DNA of 64,000 nucleotides from an uncultured Bacteroidales bacterium (GTDB lineage Bacteria > Bacteroidota > Bacteroidia > Bacteroidales > CAYVNP01): positions 7,374-71,373 of the forward strand of contig CAYVNP010000013.1 of NCBI GenBank assembly GCA_964452905.1, in the 5' to 3' direction. The notes beneath the pieces were generated by a model. That model saw only the letters and a program-made list of their open reading frames with translations, was not told where the DNA came from and did not search any database. The position numbers and the translations under genes were made by a program. Positions 29,806 to 39,573 of this stretch are shown here, piece by piece (positions within the stretch are counted from its first letter, which is position 1; every line of letters begins with the position of its first letter).

Positions 29806-32039
29806 AAACTTTTTGTTTTGATATTTTTAATTATGAAAAAAGAAATCGTTTATATTTTATTTTTGATTTTTCTGTTAAATAATGTTTTTTCACAAAAATC
29901 AGATTGTCCGACTATTTATCAAGGTCAAGATATTTGTATGGTTACAGTTGATCAAACTATTAATAAAGCCGTAGTTGTTTGGGAAAGAAAAAAAGAACTT
30001 GGAATCAAATCATTTATTATTTATAAAGTTATGCAATCATCAGGTGATTGGATTGTAGCAGATACTATACCATTTGAAAAAGAAAGTATCTGGACTGACT
30101 ATCAATCAAATCCTGACACTACATTTGAAATGTATAAAATTGCAGTTATTGATACTTGCGGTAATGTTTCAACTTTAAGTAGAATGCATTCATCTGTTTA
30201 TCTGGCATGTTATAGAAATATTAGTTTAACAAATTTAACTTGGACACCTCCAACTTTAACACCTACAACAGATTATATCAATTGGGAAATTTATGGAGGA
30301 AATACATTATCAAAAATGAAACTGATTGAAACTGGACCAATTATTAATGATGATTTTATAATTAATAAAGAATATTTAAGTTCTGATTCCCTTTCAAAAT
30401 TCCGTTATTATTCTATAGCTTATGTTAAAAAGGATACATGTTTTCCATCCATATTTAAAAAAGGTGTTCCTGTTTATTCGCGTTCTGTTTCCAATTTAGA
30501 AGATTTAGGAGCATCATTTTGCTTCAGTATTCCATATGCCGATCAAAAAATCTGCATGGTAACAATAGATACTGTTTTGAATAAGAATGTTGTAGTATGG
30601 GATAAGCTCAAAAATAAAGGAATAGAATTCTTTTATATTTATAAATACAAATTGAATGGAGATTCAATCAAAGATGTAATAGTTATTTCTTCACATATGG
30701 CAGGTGTCTGGTTAGATTCCAGTTCAACACCGGATAAAGAGTCTGCAGATTATCGGATAGGGATTATTGATACGTGCGGTAATGTATCCAAGCCCAGTCC
30801 ATATTCCTTCAGATCCGTTCATTTGTCAGTTGCAAAAGATAATAATGAAATTAACTTTCAATGGAATCACCCGATTGATGATCCCACATCAGAATTTACC
30901 CGTTGTTTAATCTATGGAGGAAATGATTCATTGTATTTAACTCTACTATCAACGATAACTGATTTTAGTACAAAAAAAACATTTTTAACTTCTGATCCTT
31001 CTTCACATTATCTGTATTATCGAATTATTTATGAAAAAATTTCTATCTGTAATCCAACATTGAAAAAAGGGAATAGTAATTATTATTATCAAATCAAATC
31101 CAATTTATTCAATACTGGAATGCTCGTAGGCATAGGAAAATATTCACTTCTGAATGAATCCATACTACTTTATCCAAACCCTGTTCGGGATTTGTTATCT
31201 GTGATGATTAAGAATCAATCAGAGAATACCGTAGAAATCGAATTAAAAGATGTACTTGGCAATACATTGTTAAAACAGGAATGGAATATTACATCTAACA
31301 AACAAACCTTCAATTTAAATCTGTCCGGTTTATCCAGAGGTTTTTATTTTATAAAACTGAATAATGGTAATACGTCCATAATTCAAAAGATTATATTAAA
31401 TTAAAAACTTTTTGTTTTGATATTTTTAATTATGAAAAAAGAAATCGTTTATATTTTATTTTTGATTTTTCTGTTAAATAATGTTTTTTCACAAAAATCA
31501 GATTGTCCGACTATTTATCAAGGTCAAGATATTTGTATGGTTACAGTTGATCAAACTATTAATAAAGCCGTAGTTGTTTGGGAAAGAAAAAAAGAACTTG
31601 GAATCAAATCATTTATTATTTATAAAGTTATGCAATCATCAGGTGATTGGATTGTAGCAGATACTATACCATTTGAAAAAGAAAGTATCTGGACTGACTA
31701 TCAATCAAATCCTGACACTACATTTGAAATGTATAAAATTGCAGTTATTGATACTTGCGGTAATGTTTCAACTTTAAGTAGAATGCATTCATCTGTTTAT
31801 CTGGCATGTTATAGAAATATTAGTTTAACAAATTTAACTTGGACACCTCCAACTTTAACACCTACAACAGATTATATCAATTGGGAAATTTATGGAGGAA
31901 ATACATTATCAAAAATGAAACTGATTGAAACTGGACCAATTATTAATGATGATTTTATAATTAATAAAGAATATTTAAGTTCTGATTCCCTTTCAAAATT
32001 CCGTTATTATTCTATAGCTTATGTTAAAAAGGATACATG
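28840..32039 (+). repeat. Perfect tandem direct duplication, 2 x 1,599 bp
   Basis: Copy 1 (28840-30438) matches copy 2 (30439-32037) at every line I compared (offset 1599). Mismatches occur only at 28839/30438 and 30441/32040. The microhomology AAGGATAC(T/A)TG is present at 28831, 30430 and 32029. Confidence 0.9.
29833..31404 (+). CDS. T9SS type-A-sorted modular surface protein, 2-module chimera (paralog 2)
   Basis: ATG at 29833 (track opens at the TTG at 29818). The first about 202 aa are identical to paralog 3 and the last about 321 aa identical to paralog 1. The junction falls at the DTC codons (30430-30440). Confidence 0.8.
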   Translation: MKKEIVYILFLIFLLNNVFSQKSDCPTIYQGQDICMVTVDQTINKAVVVWERKKELGIKSFIIYKVMQSSGDWIVADTIPFEKESIWTDYQSNPDTTFEMYKIAVIDTCGNVSTLSRMHSSVYLACYRNISLTNLTWTPPTLTPTTDYINWEIYGGNTLSKMKLIETGPIINDDFIINKEYLSSDSLSKFRYYSIAYVKKDTCFPSIFKKGVPVYSRSVSNLEDLGASFCFSIPYADQKICMVTIDTVLNKNVVVWDKLKNKGIEFFYIYKYKLNGDSIKDVIVISSHMAGVWLDSSSTPDKESADYRIGIIDTCGNVSKPSPYSFRSVHLSVAKDNNEINFQWNHPIDDPTSEFTRCLIYGGNDSLYLTLLSTITDFSTKKTFLTSDPSSHYLYYRIIYEKISICNPTLKKGNSNYYYQIKSNLFNTGMLVGIGKYSLLNESILLYPNPVRDLLSVMIKNQSENTVEIELKDVLGNTLLKQEWNITSNKQTFNLNLSGLSRGFYFIKLNNGNTSIIQKIILN

Positions 32040-33627
32040 CTATCCTACCCTAATTAGAAAAGGGATACCTATTTACGCTCGTTCTACTTCTAATTTAGCT
32101 GATTTAGGATTTCCCCCTAAATGTGTCAGCCAACCTTATCAGGGACAAGATATTTGTCTTGTTACTATAGATCAAACTATAAATAAAGCTGTTGTTGTCT
32201 GGGAACGAAAAAAAGATCTCGGTATCAAATCGTATATCATTTATAAGTTAAGCCATACCATTGCCAATAAATGGGATGTGGCTGCTGATATTCCTTTTGA
32301 AAACGAAAGTGTCTGGATTGACCAGAATTCAAATCCTGATTTATATCCCGAATCCTATAAAATCGCTGTTATGGATACATGCGGAAACATTTCAGATCCT
32401 AGCAGAACTCATCGTTCAATCTTTTTAGAAGTTATAAGAAATTATACTGGACTACCTTATACAAATTTTAATTGGAATCGTCCTACAATAACACCTGTAA
32501 ATGATTATTATAAACTTGAAATTTATGGTGGTGATACACTATCCAAATTGAAAATTATCAGTTCTATCACAATTCAAGTTGACGACACTACTACATTTAT
32601 TGCAAACTGGGATCCTGCTTCACAATTCCGGTATTATTATCTAGTTTATTTCCGTTCCGATACCTGTTATCCTTCAATCATTAAGAAAGCACCTCCATTT
32701 GCTTATTCTATTTCCAATCTCCCTGATTTAGGATTTCCACCCTGTCAAAGTAAAACATATCAAAATTTTAAAATATGTTTAGTTACAGTAGATTCGACAA
32801 CACATAAAACGACATTAGTTTGGGAACGTCCAAAAAATTTAGGAATAGAATCATTTCTGATCTTTAAGAAAAATACGAATGTATCACCTCCTGTTTGGGA
32901 TGTACTCGATACTATTCCGTTTACCCAAAATAGCATTTGGACTGATCCTACTTCAAATCCTGATAAGAAAACCGAATTCTATAAATTTGGCATTTTAGAT
33001 ACATGTGGAAATTTAACATATTCTAATGTTACACAAAATTCCATCTATTTATCTCTTACGAAGAATGCTGATAATATTAAACTTTCATGGAATAATCCTT
33101 CAAAAGACCCAACATTGGATTTTAATTATTTTAAAATATTTGGCGGGAATAATCCTTCCGGTTTAAATCTAATTTTTACAGGTTCTAATTTTGACACTTC
33201 AAAAACATTTTTTCAGTCTGATCCTTCATCACAATATAAATATTATATTGTGATTTTTTACAAAATTGACACCTGTCAATCAGCAATTAATAAGAAAGGT
33301 GATTTGATTAATCTTTCTCAAATAACTTCAAATCTTGCCTACTTTGATATTCCTATAGGGATTACATCAACTAATGAATTTTCATTTCACGTGTCTCCTA
33401 ATCCTGCTCACGACGAATTAACAATTTATTTTACTAATTCCGAAAAGAAAAAAACAATTATAGAAATAACTGATTTGTTGGGAAATATTATTACCCAACA
33501 AGAACTTGTAATACCTACTATTAATCATTCAATTCATATTAACTTATCATCCTTAACAAAAGGGATCTATTTTATTAGAGTTAAAAGTGATAATTATTTA
33601 AAGTTACAAAAATTGATTATCAATTAA
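31432..33627 (+). CDS. T9SS type-A-sorted modular surface protein, 3 modules (paralog 3)
   Basis: ATG at 31432, signal peptide and three modules with the same motif set. C-terminal VSPNPAHDELTIYF...GIYFIRV...LQKLIIN is a type-A CTD. Confidence 0.85.
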   Translation: MKKEIVYILFLIFLLNNVFSQKSDCPTIYQGQDICMVTVDQTINKAVVVWERKKELGIKSFIIYKVMQSSGDWIVADTIPFEKESIWTDYQSNPDTTFEMYKIAVIDTCGNVSTLSRMHSSVYLACYRNISLTNLTWTPPTLTPTTDYINWEIYGGNTLSKMKLIETGPIINDDFIINKEYLSSDSLSKFRYYSIAYVKKDTCYPTLIRKGIPIYARSTSNLADLGFPPKCVSQPYQGQDICLVTIDQTINKAVVVWERKKDLGIKSYIIYKLSHTIANKWDVAADIPFENESVWIDQNSNPDLYPESYKIAVMDTCGNISDPSRTHRSIFLEVIRNYTGLPYTNFNWNRPTITPVNDYYKLEIYGGDTLSKLKIISSITIQVDDTTTFIANWDPASQFRYYYLVYFRSDTCYPSIIKKAPPFAYSISNLPDLGFPPCQSKTYQNFKICLVTVDSTTHKTTLVWERPKNLGIESFLIFKKNTNVSPPVWDVLDTIPFTQNSIWTDPTSNPDKKTEFYKFGILDTCGNLTYSNVTQNSIYLSLTKNADNIKLSWNNPSKDPTLDFNYFKIFGGNNPSGLNLIFTGSNFDTSKTFFQSDPSSQYKYYIVIFYKIDTCQSAINKKGDLINLSQITSNLAYFDIPIGITSTNEFSFHVSPNPAHDELTIYFTNSEKKKTIIEITDLLGNIITQQELVIPTINHSIHINLSSLTKGIYFIRVKSDNYLKLQKLIIN

Positions 33628-33650
33628 TTTTAAAATTTCATACTGTTATT

Positions 33651-33685
33651 AACCTCATAGTTTGACTATGAGGTTTTTTATTTTA
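33651..33685 (+). terminator. Rho-independent terminator after the paralog array
   Basis: Perfect 10-bp stem AACCTCATAG / CTATGAGGTT with loop TTTGA, followed by TTTTTTATTTT. Confidence 0.8.
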
Positions 33686-33819
33686 TACCGTTCGTCAATC
33701 ATTTTATACCATTCATAAAATAATTAATACACTTTGTATGTTAAATGGTATTATTCATAGTTCAACATGTTAATTTTATAGAAAATTTAACGATTAATAA
33801 CGATTAAAATTTAAAAACG

Positions 33820-34173
33820 ATGAGAACACTAATTTTAATTTTAGCATTATTAATAATTACAAAAATGTCATTTACTCAAAATTTAAAACTTTCAAGACGA
33901 ATAAAATTTATTGCAATAAATACTCATTCTATTAATACAATATCATCGAATATGATTTATAGTGTAACTAATAAACAGAATGTACCAAAAAAACATAAAT
34001 TTTCAAATTCAAATATCAGTAGAATTTGTTTTTTTGATTCAGTTGGATCAATCAAATTTATTTATCATCCATCTGTAATTGATACTTCTTACAGTAATAC
34101 ACCAATTGAATGTATGCATTACCCGAAACATCTTTATTATTATTTATTTTATGTAAAAAGAGCTATTTGTTAA
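33820..34173 (+). pseudogene. Short ORF resembling a decayed module of the upstream paralog family
   Basis: 117 aa with a signal-like N-terminus. ISRICFFDSVGSI is comparable to YKIAVMDSCGNIS, and the C-terminal HLYYYLFYVKRAIC to YRYYYIIYIKRDSC. There is no CTD. Confidence 0.35.
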
Positions 34174-34373
34174 TTACTTTTTTCCCTCATATTTACGACC
34201 TAAAAGACATAACCCAAATTCTCTCTTTTTCAAAAACATCTTTAACATCCTATCATTAATTTATCAACGAATTTTAAGTCTATTTACTCACATAAAAATT
34301 CCAAAAAATACATATTTATGTCATTGATGATTTAAAAAAATTATCTTTACCGCCCAAACAAATATTTTAATTC

Positions 34374-35438
34374 ATGAACCGCCTCTATCTGATTGTTATT
34401 TTCATTCCATTTATTTTTTCATGTAAAAAAGATAAACCTCAGATTATTCAACATAAATATATTGACACAACCAATAAAGATTCAGTGACTTTAGATCCGA
34501 ATTTACTACATTATATTAATCCGGTATTAAATACCGATTTCCCCGATCCTGCCATACTTCTGGCACAAGATGGATACTATTATTCGTATGCTACCAATGG
34601 GAAATACGATGGTGTTTTTTGTACTATTCAAGTGGCTCGTTCAGCCGACATGGTCAATTGGGAGCATCTGGGTGATGCTATGCCAGTTCAACCCGACTGG
34701 GCAAGTGGTGATTTCTGGGCGCCCCATGTGATCTATGATGATTCATTAAAAAAATATTTCATGTATTTTTCCGGTGAGAATAATGGGAAATGCCTGGGTG
34801 TTGCAACTTCCAATTCACCCGAAGGACCCTTTGTTGATAAAGGGACTCCGCTTCTGTGTGGTGATGGTTTTGTGAATATTGATCCTATGGCTTTTGATGA
34901 TCCCCAAACCGGAAAGCATTATCTGTTCTGGGGTTCAGGATTCCAAGCCATCAAAGTACAAGAACTGACAAGGGATAGAATGCATTTTGTTTCGGGCAGT
35001 CAACCGAAAGGACTTATATATCCAAATGGTGGAGAACCCTATAAAATTTTAGTTGAAGGTAACTGGGTAATCTATCGGAATGGAAAATATTATATGTTTT
35101 ATTCAGGTGATAATTGTTGCGGTACAAAAGCACATTACGCTGTCATGGTTGCCAGAGCCGACAGCCCAACCGGACCTTTTACCGAATTTAAAAGCCCAAC
35201 TGAAAATTCAAGTGTTATCCTACGTGACAGTTATAACTGGCGTGGTCCGGGACATAATTCAATCATTACAGATAAAGCCGGCAACGACTGGATCGTTTAT
35301 CATGCTATGCGTCCTGAAGATATGGCACGCACGTTCCGTGTGATGCTCATTGACAGAATATTATGGGTTGAAGGCTGGCCAAGGGTGTACAATGATCAGC
35401 CATCAAATGTTTTATGCAATGCCCCGGTAGTAAACTGA
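34374..35438 (+). CDS. Glycoside hydrolase family 43 lipoprotein (arabinanase/xylosidase-like)
   Basis: Lipobox IFSCKK. DFPDPAILLAQDGYYYSYATN and FWAPHVIYD, followed by VEGNWVIYRNGKYYMFYSG, are the five-bladed-propeller GH43 motifs. Confidence 0.88.
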   Translation: MNRLYLIVIFIPFIFSCKKDKPQIIQHKYIDTTNKDSVTLDPNLLHYINPVLNTDFPDPAILLAQDGYYYSYATNGKYDGVFCTIQVARSADMVNWEHLGDAMPVQPDWASGDFWAPHVIYDDSLKKYFMYFSGENNGKCLGVATSNSPEGPFVDKGTPLLCGDGFVNIDPMAFDDPQTGKHYLFWGSGFQAIKVQELTRDRMHFVSGSQPKGLIYPNGGEPYKILVEGNWVIYRNGKYYMFYSGDNCCGTKAHYAVMVARADSPTGPFTEFKSPTENSSVILRDSYNWRGPGHNSIITDKAGNDWIVYHAMRPEDMARTFRVMLIDRILWVEGWPRVYNDQPSNVLCNAPVVN

Positions 35439-35439
35439 T

Positions 35440-36435
35440 TTAAAATAATAATGATAGCGTCTTAGCCAGATCAAGCATTTCAGGTGCAATATCCTGTTCT
35501 TGTTTGGTTGCTTTTTCAAAAGGAGTGTATGCAACTTCATTATTTATGATCCCAACCATCTCTCCTCTGCGTCCGTTCAACAAAGCTTTTACGGCATTAA
35601 AACCGAGTTCGCTCGCCAGCACACGGTCTCTGCATGATGGACTTCCTCCGCGCTGAAGATGACCGAGAATAGTCACACGGGTATCAAAATATTCAAATTT
35701 CTGTTTGACTTTATTGGCTATCTCAATAGCGCCGCCTGCTTCATCGCCTTCGGAAACAATGACGATGGCTGAACGACTGTTTCTTTTTTTCAATCCATCG
35801 GCAAGACCGTCAATCACTTCTTCAATGGTCGTCTTGGTTTCGGGGATCAGTATTCCTTCGGCGCCTGTGGCAATACCGCTGTGGAGGGCAATGTAACCTG
35901 CATCACGTCCCATCACTTCAATAAAAAATATTCTATTGTGCGAGGCAGCCGTATCTCTGATCTTATCAACCGCTTCAATAACAGTATTCAATGCCGTGTC
36001 AAAGCCAATGGTCAGGTCTGTACCGCAAAGATCATTGTCTATTGTACCCGGTAATCCCATGATTGGCACATCGTATTTACTTCCAAACTCAAGAGCACCG
36101 CGGAATGTACCATCACCGCCGATCACCACCAGTCCTTCAATGCCTTCACGCATCAGGTTTTCATAGCCGGTCTTAAGTCCTTCATCAGTTCTGAAACGTT
36201 TGCTGCGTGCAGTTTTCAGGATAGTACCACCTTTACTGATGATTCCTGATACCGAATGGGTATCCATTTCCACGAACTGATCATTCATCATTCCTTCATA
36301 CCCGTTGTAAATACCGGATACTTCCAATCCAAGTTGTATTGCGGTGCGCACAACCGCTCTGATAGCAGCATTCATGCCAGGGGAGTCACCGCCTGAAGTC
36401 AGGACGCCAATTTTATGTATATTATTCTTTGCCAT
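35440..36435 (-). CDS. pfkA: ATP-dependent 6-phosphofructokinase
   Basis: IGVLTSGGDSPGMNAAIRAVVR, VVIGGDGTF, GLPGTIDNDL, MGRDAGYIAL. Confidence 0.95.
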   Translation of the reverse strand: MAKNNIHKIGVLTSGGDSPGMNAAIRAVVRTAIQLGLEVSGIYNGYEGMMNDQFVEMDTHSVSGIISKGGTILKTARSKRFRTDEGLKTGYENLMREGIEGLVVIGGDGTFRGALEFGSKYDVPIMGLPGTIDNDLCGTDLTIGFDTALNTVIEAVDKIRDTAASHNRIFFIEVMGRDAGYIALHSGIATGAEGILIPETKTTIEEVIDGLADGLKKRNSRSAIVIVSEGDEAGGAIEIANKVKQKFEYFDTRVTILGHLQRGGSPSCRDRVLASELGFNAVKALLNGRRGEMVGIINNEVAYTPFEKATKQEQDIAPEMLDLAKTLSLLF

Positions 36436-36537
36436 AGGTTGTTGAATTTTGTTTCTTCAAAAATACATTAAATTTGAAATAATCGACCATCCCTTTTCTA
36501 TATATTACCGAATTATGTTTCATTACTTATCAAATTT

Positions 36538-37737
36538 TTATGCTTGATATTTTTCTTTCTTGCTTCCTTTATAAAGTTCAAACTGAACAAATTTACATTC
36601 AAGGGGCCCATTAAACAGTTTGATTTTCTTTGAAGGATGCAAGCCGATAAATTTCAATGCCTGAATGTCGGAGCTGATAAGCCATGCGGTGTGACCGAGA
36701 TAATTCTGTTTCAACGTGTCGCCGATGGATTTATAAAAAGCAATGATATCGTCCTGTTCCAATCGCTCGCCATACGGAGGATTCGTAATAATAATACCGC
36801 TTTCTGAATCAGCTTTGGTATTTTCAAATGCGTTAACAGATAATGTAATATCTTTATGAAATCCGGCTGAATGTATATTTTCTTTTGCAATATCAATCAT
36901 CATTCCCGAAATATCCGAACCAATGATTTCATGGTCAAATTCAGTTTGTTCAGAATAGGAATCTTTTACTATTTTATTCCAGAGTTCGGGTTCATAATCT
37001 TTCCATTTCATAAACCCATAGTCATTCCGGTAATTTCCGGGGGCAATGTTATTGGCGATCAGGGCTGCTTCAATGAGTAATGTACCAGAACCGCACATCG
37101 GATCAATGAAGTTACAATCTTTTTTCCAACCGCTCAGCAATATTAATCCGGCTGCTAACACTTCGTTCATGGGCGCACCGCCTGTCATCCGGCGATAACC
37201 GCGTTTAAACAAAGGAATACTGGAACTGTCAAGCGAAACAGTGCAATGATTTGATTCAATGTGCAGATTAATCCTCAGTGATGGATTTTCAGTATCAACG
37301 GATGGTCTGGCTCCATGCCGGTTGCGAAACTGATCCACAATAGCATCTTTGGCTTTCTGGGCAACAAATTTGGAGTGATTGAGTTCCGAATTATTGACTA
37401 CTGCATCAATTGCCAGCGTGTCCTTCACATCAATATATTCCTGCCAGTTAATAGATATAATTTTATCATACAAGTCCTGTTCATTGGTCACATCAAATTC
37501 ATGAACAGGTAACAATATCCTTAAAGCTGTTCGGCACCAGTGGTTAGCAGCATACATCAGATTTTTATTCCCTTTAAAACCAACAGCACGTTTTAAAAGT
37601 TGAATATCTTCAGCACCTAACGCTTTTAATTCCTCTGCAAGTATTTCTTCCAGACCAAACAAGGTGGTTGCTACCAATGAACTTTTTTCTAATTTATCCG
37701 TCAAAATATAATTATTTTTGAATATGTAAAAAGTCAA
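36538..37737 (-). CDS. THUMP-domain class I SAM-dependent RNA methyltransferase (RlmL/UPF0020-like)
   Basis: LVATTLFGLEEILAEEL (THUMP N-terminus), DPMCGSGTLLIEAA (SAM motif I) and ITNPPYGERL (motif IV). There is no in-frame ATG before the conserved core. The start is the TTG at 37737 or the next TTG, so the exact 5' end is uncertain. Confidence 0.85.
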   Translation of the reverse strand: MTFYIFKNNYILTDKLEKSSLVATTLFGLEEILAEELKALGAEDIQLLKRAVGFKGNKNLMYAANHWCRTALRILLPVHEFDVTNEQDLYDKIISINWQEYIDVKDTLAIDAVVNNSELNHSKFVAQKAKDAIVDQFRNRHGARPSVDTENPSLRINLHIESNHCTVSLDSSSIPLFKRGYRRMTGGAPMNEVLAAGLILLSGWKKDCNFIDPMCGSGTLLIEAALIANNIAPGNYRNDYGFMKWKDYEPELWNKIVKDSYSEQTEFDHEIIGSDISGMMIDIAKENIHSAGFHKDITLSVNAFENTKADSESGIIITNPPYGERLEQDDIIAFYKSIGDTLKQNYLGHTAWLISSDIQALKFIGLHPSKKIKLFNGPLECKFVQFELYKGSKKEKYQA

Positions 37738-37738
37738 C

Positions 37739-39484
37739 CTATGATTGAATTTTTATTCCCAATTCTTTCAGTTGCTCATCAGAAATTTTCGAAGGAGAGT
37801 CAATCATCACATCTCTGCCTGAATTATTTTTGGGAAAAGCAATGAAATCGCGGATTGTTTCAGAACCGCCGAACAACGAACAAAGGCGGTCGAAGCCGAA
37901 GGCGAGACCGCCGTGAGGAGGAGCGCCATATTCAAAAGCATTCATCAAAAAACCAAACTGATACTGGGCTTCTTCATCCGTAAAACCAAGCACTTCAAAC
38001 ATTCTTTTCTGCAATGTACGATCATGGATCCTGATGGAACCACCACCAACTTCAACACCGTTGATAACCATGTCATACGCATTGGCTCTGACCTTAGCGG
38101 GTTCCGTATCTAGTAAAGAAATATCTTCGGGCTTTGGAGATGTGAACGGATGATGCTTGGCATAAAAACGTTTTGTGTCTTCATCCCATTCAAGCAGTGG
38201 AAAATCCAATACCCACAATGGTTTGAAATTTTCCGGATCACGTAAACCAAGTCGATTGCCCATTTCGAGACGTAGTTCACACAATTGTTTTTGCACTTTT
38301 TCCCGAGCACCTGCCATGACCAACATCAGTTCGCCGGGTTTGGCATTGAACTGCTCACAGATTTGTTTCAAATCATCAACAGAATAAAATTTGTCAACTG
38401 AAGATTTTAAACTCCCGTCTTTACCAAATCTAAGATAAATTAGACCTGATGCACCTATCTGCGGCTTCTTCACGAAATCAGTCAGTTCATCCAGTTGTTT
38501 ACGGGTATATTCACTGCACCCTTCAACACAAATACCAACAACAAGTTCAGCTTGATCAAACACATTGAACCCTTTTCCTTTTACCACATCGTTCAGTTCA
38601 ACAAATTTCATTTCAAAACGCAAATCAGGTTTGTCGCAACCATAGTATTTCATGGCTGTTTCATAGGTCATACGAGGTAATTTTTCTAATTTGATGCCTT
38701 TGACTTTTTCAAATAAATGGATGATCAACCCTTCAAAATTATTCAGAATATCTTCCTGCGTAACATATGACATTTCGCAGTCTATTTGTGTGAACTCGGG
38801 CTGACGGTCGGCACGCAGGTCTTCATCGCGGAAACAGCGTACGATCTGAAAATATTTATCAATACCGGCAACCATCAAAAGTTGTTTAAATGTCTGTGGT
38901 GACTGAGGTAAAGCATAAAATTCACCCTGATTCATCCGTGATGGCACCACAAAGTCGCGTGCACCTTCGGGAGTGGATTTAATTAGTACGGGTGTTTCTA
39001 TTTCGAGAAATCCTTTTGAACTGAGAAAAGCGCGTGTTTCCTGAGCCATCCAATGACGTAGCTCAAGATTTTTTTTAACGACATTTCTCCGTAGATCAAG
39101 GTAACGGTATTTCATGCGGAGCTCATCGCCCCCGTCAGTGTTGTCTTCAATAGTGAATGGAGGTGTTTTGGATGTATTCAGAATTGTAAGTTGTTCAACA
39201 ATAATTTCAATCTCACCGGTAGGTAGCTTTAAATTCTTATTGCTACGCTCCATCACTTCACCAATGACCTGAATAACAAACTCACGTCCAAGTGTTCTTG
39301 CCTGTTGGCAGAGAGCAGCATTTGATTCCATATTGAAAACGAGTTGTGTGATGCCATAGCGGTCGCGAAGATCAAGGAAGGTCATACCGCCCATGTCGCG
39401 TGTGCGTTGCACCCAGCCGCAAAGCGTAACTTGTTCATTTATATTTTTCAGCGTGAGTTCACCGCAATTATTGGTTCTGTACAT
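37739..39484 (-). CDS. aspS: Aspartate--tRNA ligase
   Basis: [11 protein letters not shown]..., class II motifs [18 protein letters not shown] and GGGSIRIH, C-terminal GLAFGFDRL. Confidence 0.97.
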   Translation of the reverse strand: MYRTNNCGELTLKNINEQVTLCGWVQRTRDMGGMTFLDLRDRYGITQLVFNMESNAALCQQARTLGREFVIQVIGEVMERSNKNLKLPTGEIEIIVEQLTILNTSKTPPFTIEDNTDGGDELRMKYRYLDLRRNVVKKNLELRHWMAQETRAFLSSKGFLEIETPVLIKSTPEGARDFVVPSRMNQGEFYALPQSPQTFKQLLMVAGIDKYFQIVRCFRDEDLRADRQPEFTQIDCEMSYVTQEDILNNFEGLIIHLFEKVKGIKLEKLPRMTYETAMKYYGCDKPDLRFEMKFVELNDVVKGKGFNVFDQAELVVGICVEGCSEYTRKQLDELTDFVKKPQIGASGLIYLRFGKDGSLKSSVDKFYSVDDLKQICEQFNAKPGELMLVMAGAREKVQKQLCELRLEMGNRLGLRDPENFKPLWVLDFPLLEWDEDTKRFYAKHHPFTSPKPEDISLLDTEPAKVRANAYDMVINGVEVGGGSIRIHDRTLQKRMFEVLGFTDEEAQYQFGFLMNAFEYGAPPHGGLAFGFDRLCSLFGGSETIRDFIAFPKNNSGRDVMIDSPSKISDEQLKELGIKIQS

Positions 39485-39573
39485 ATAAAAAAGTTTTATG
39501 CGAAATTACAAAAAAATAAATTTATCAGATGAAATGAATGACTGGATTAATCAATACAAAGGTGAATATGACT

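Noticed and set aside
27604-33627. Possibility that the strong periodic repetition is a CRISPR array, a DGR target/template pair or non-coding satellite
   Set aside because: The repeats are 600-1,600 bp, lie in frame within long ORFs and show protein-level conservation. No short repeat-spacer structure, cas gene or reverse transcriptase occurs anywhere in the window.
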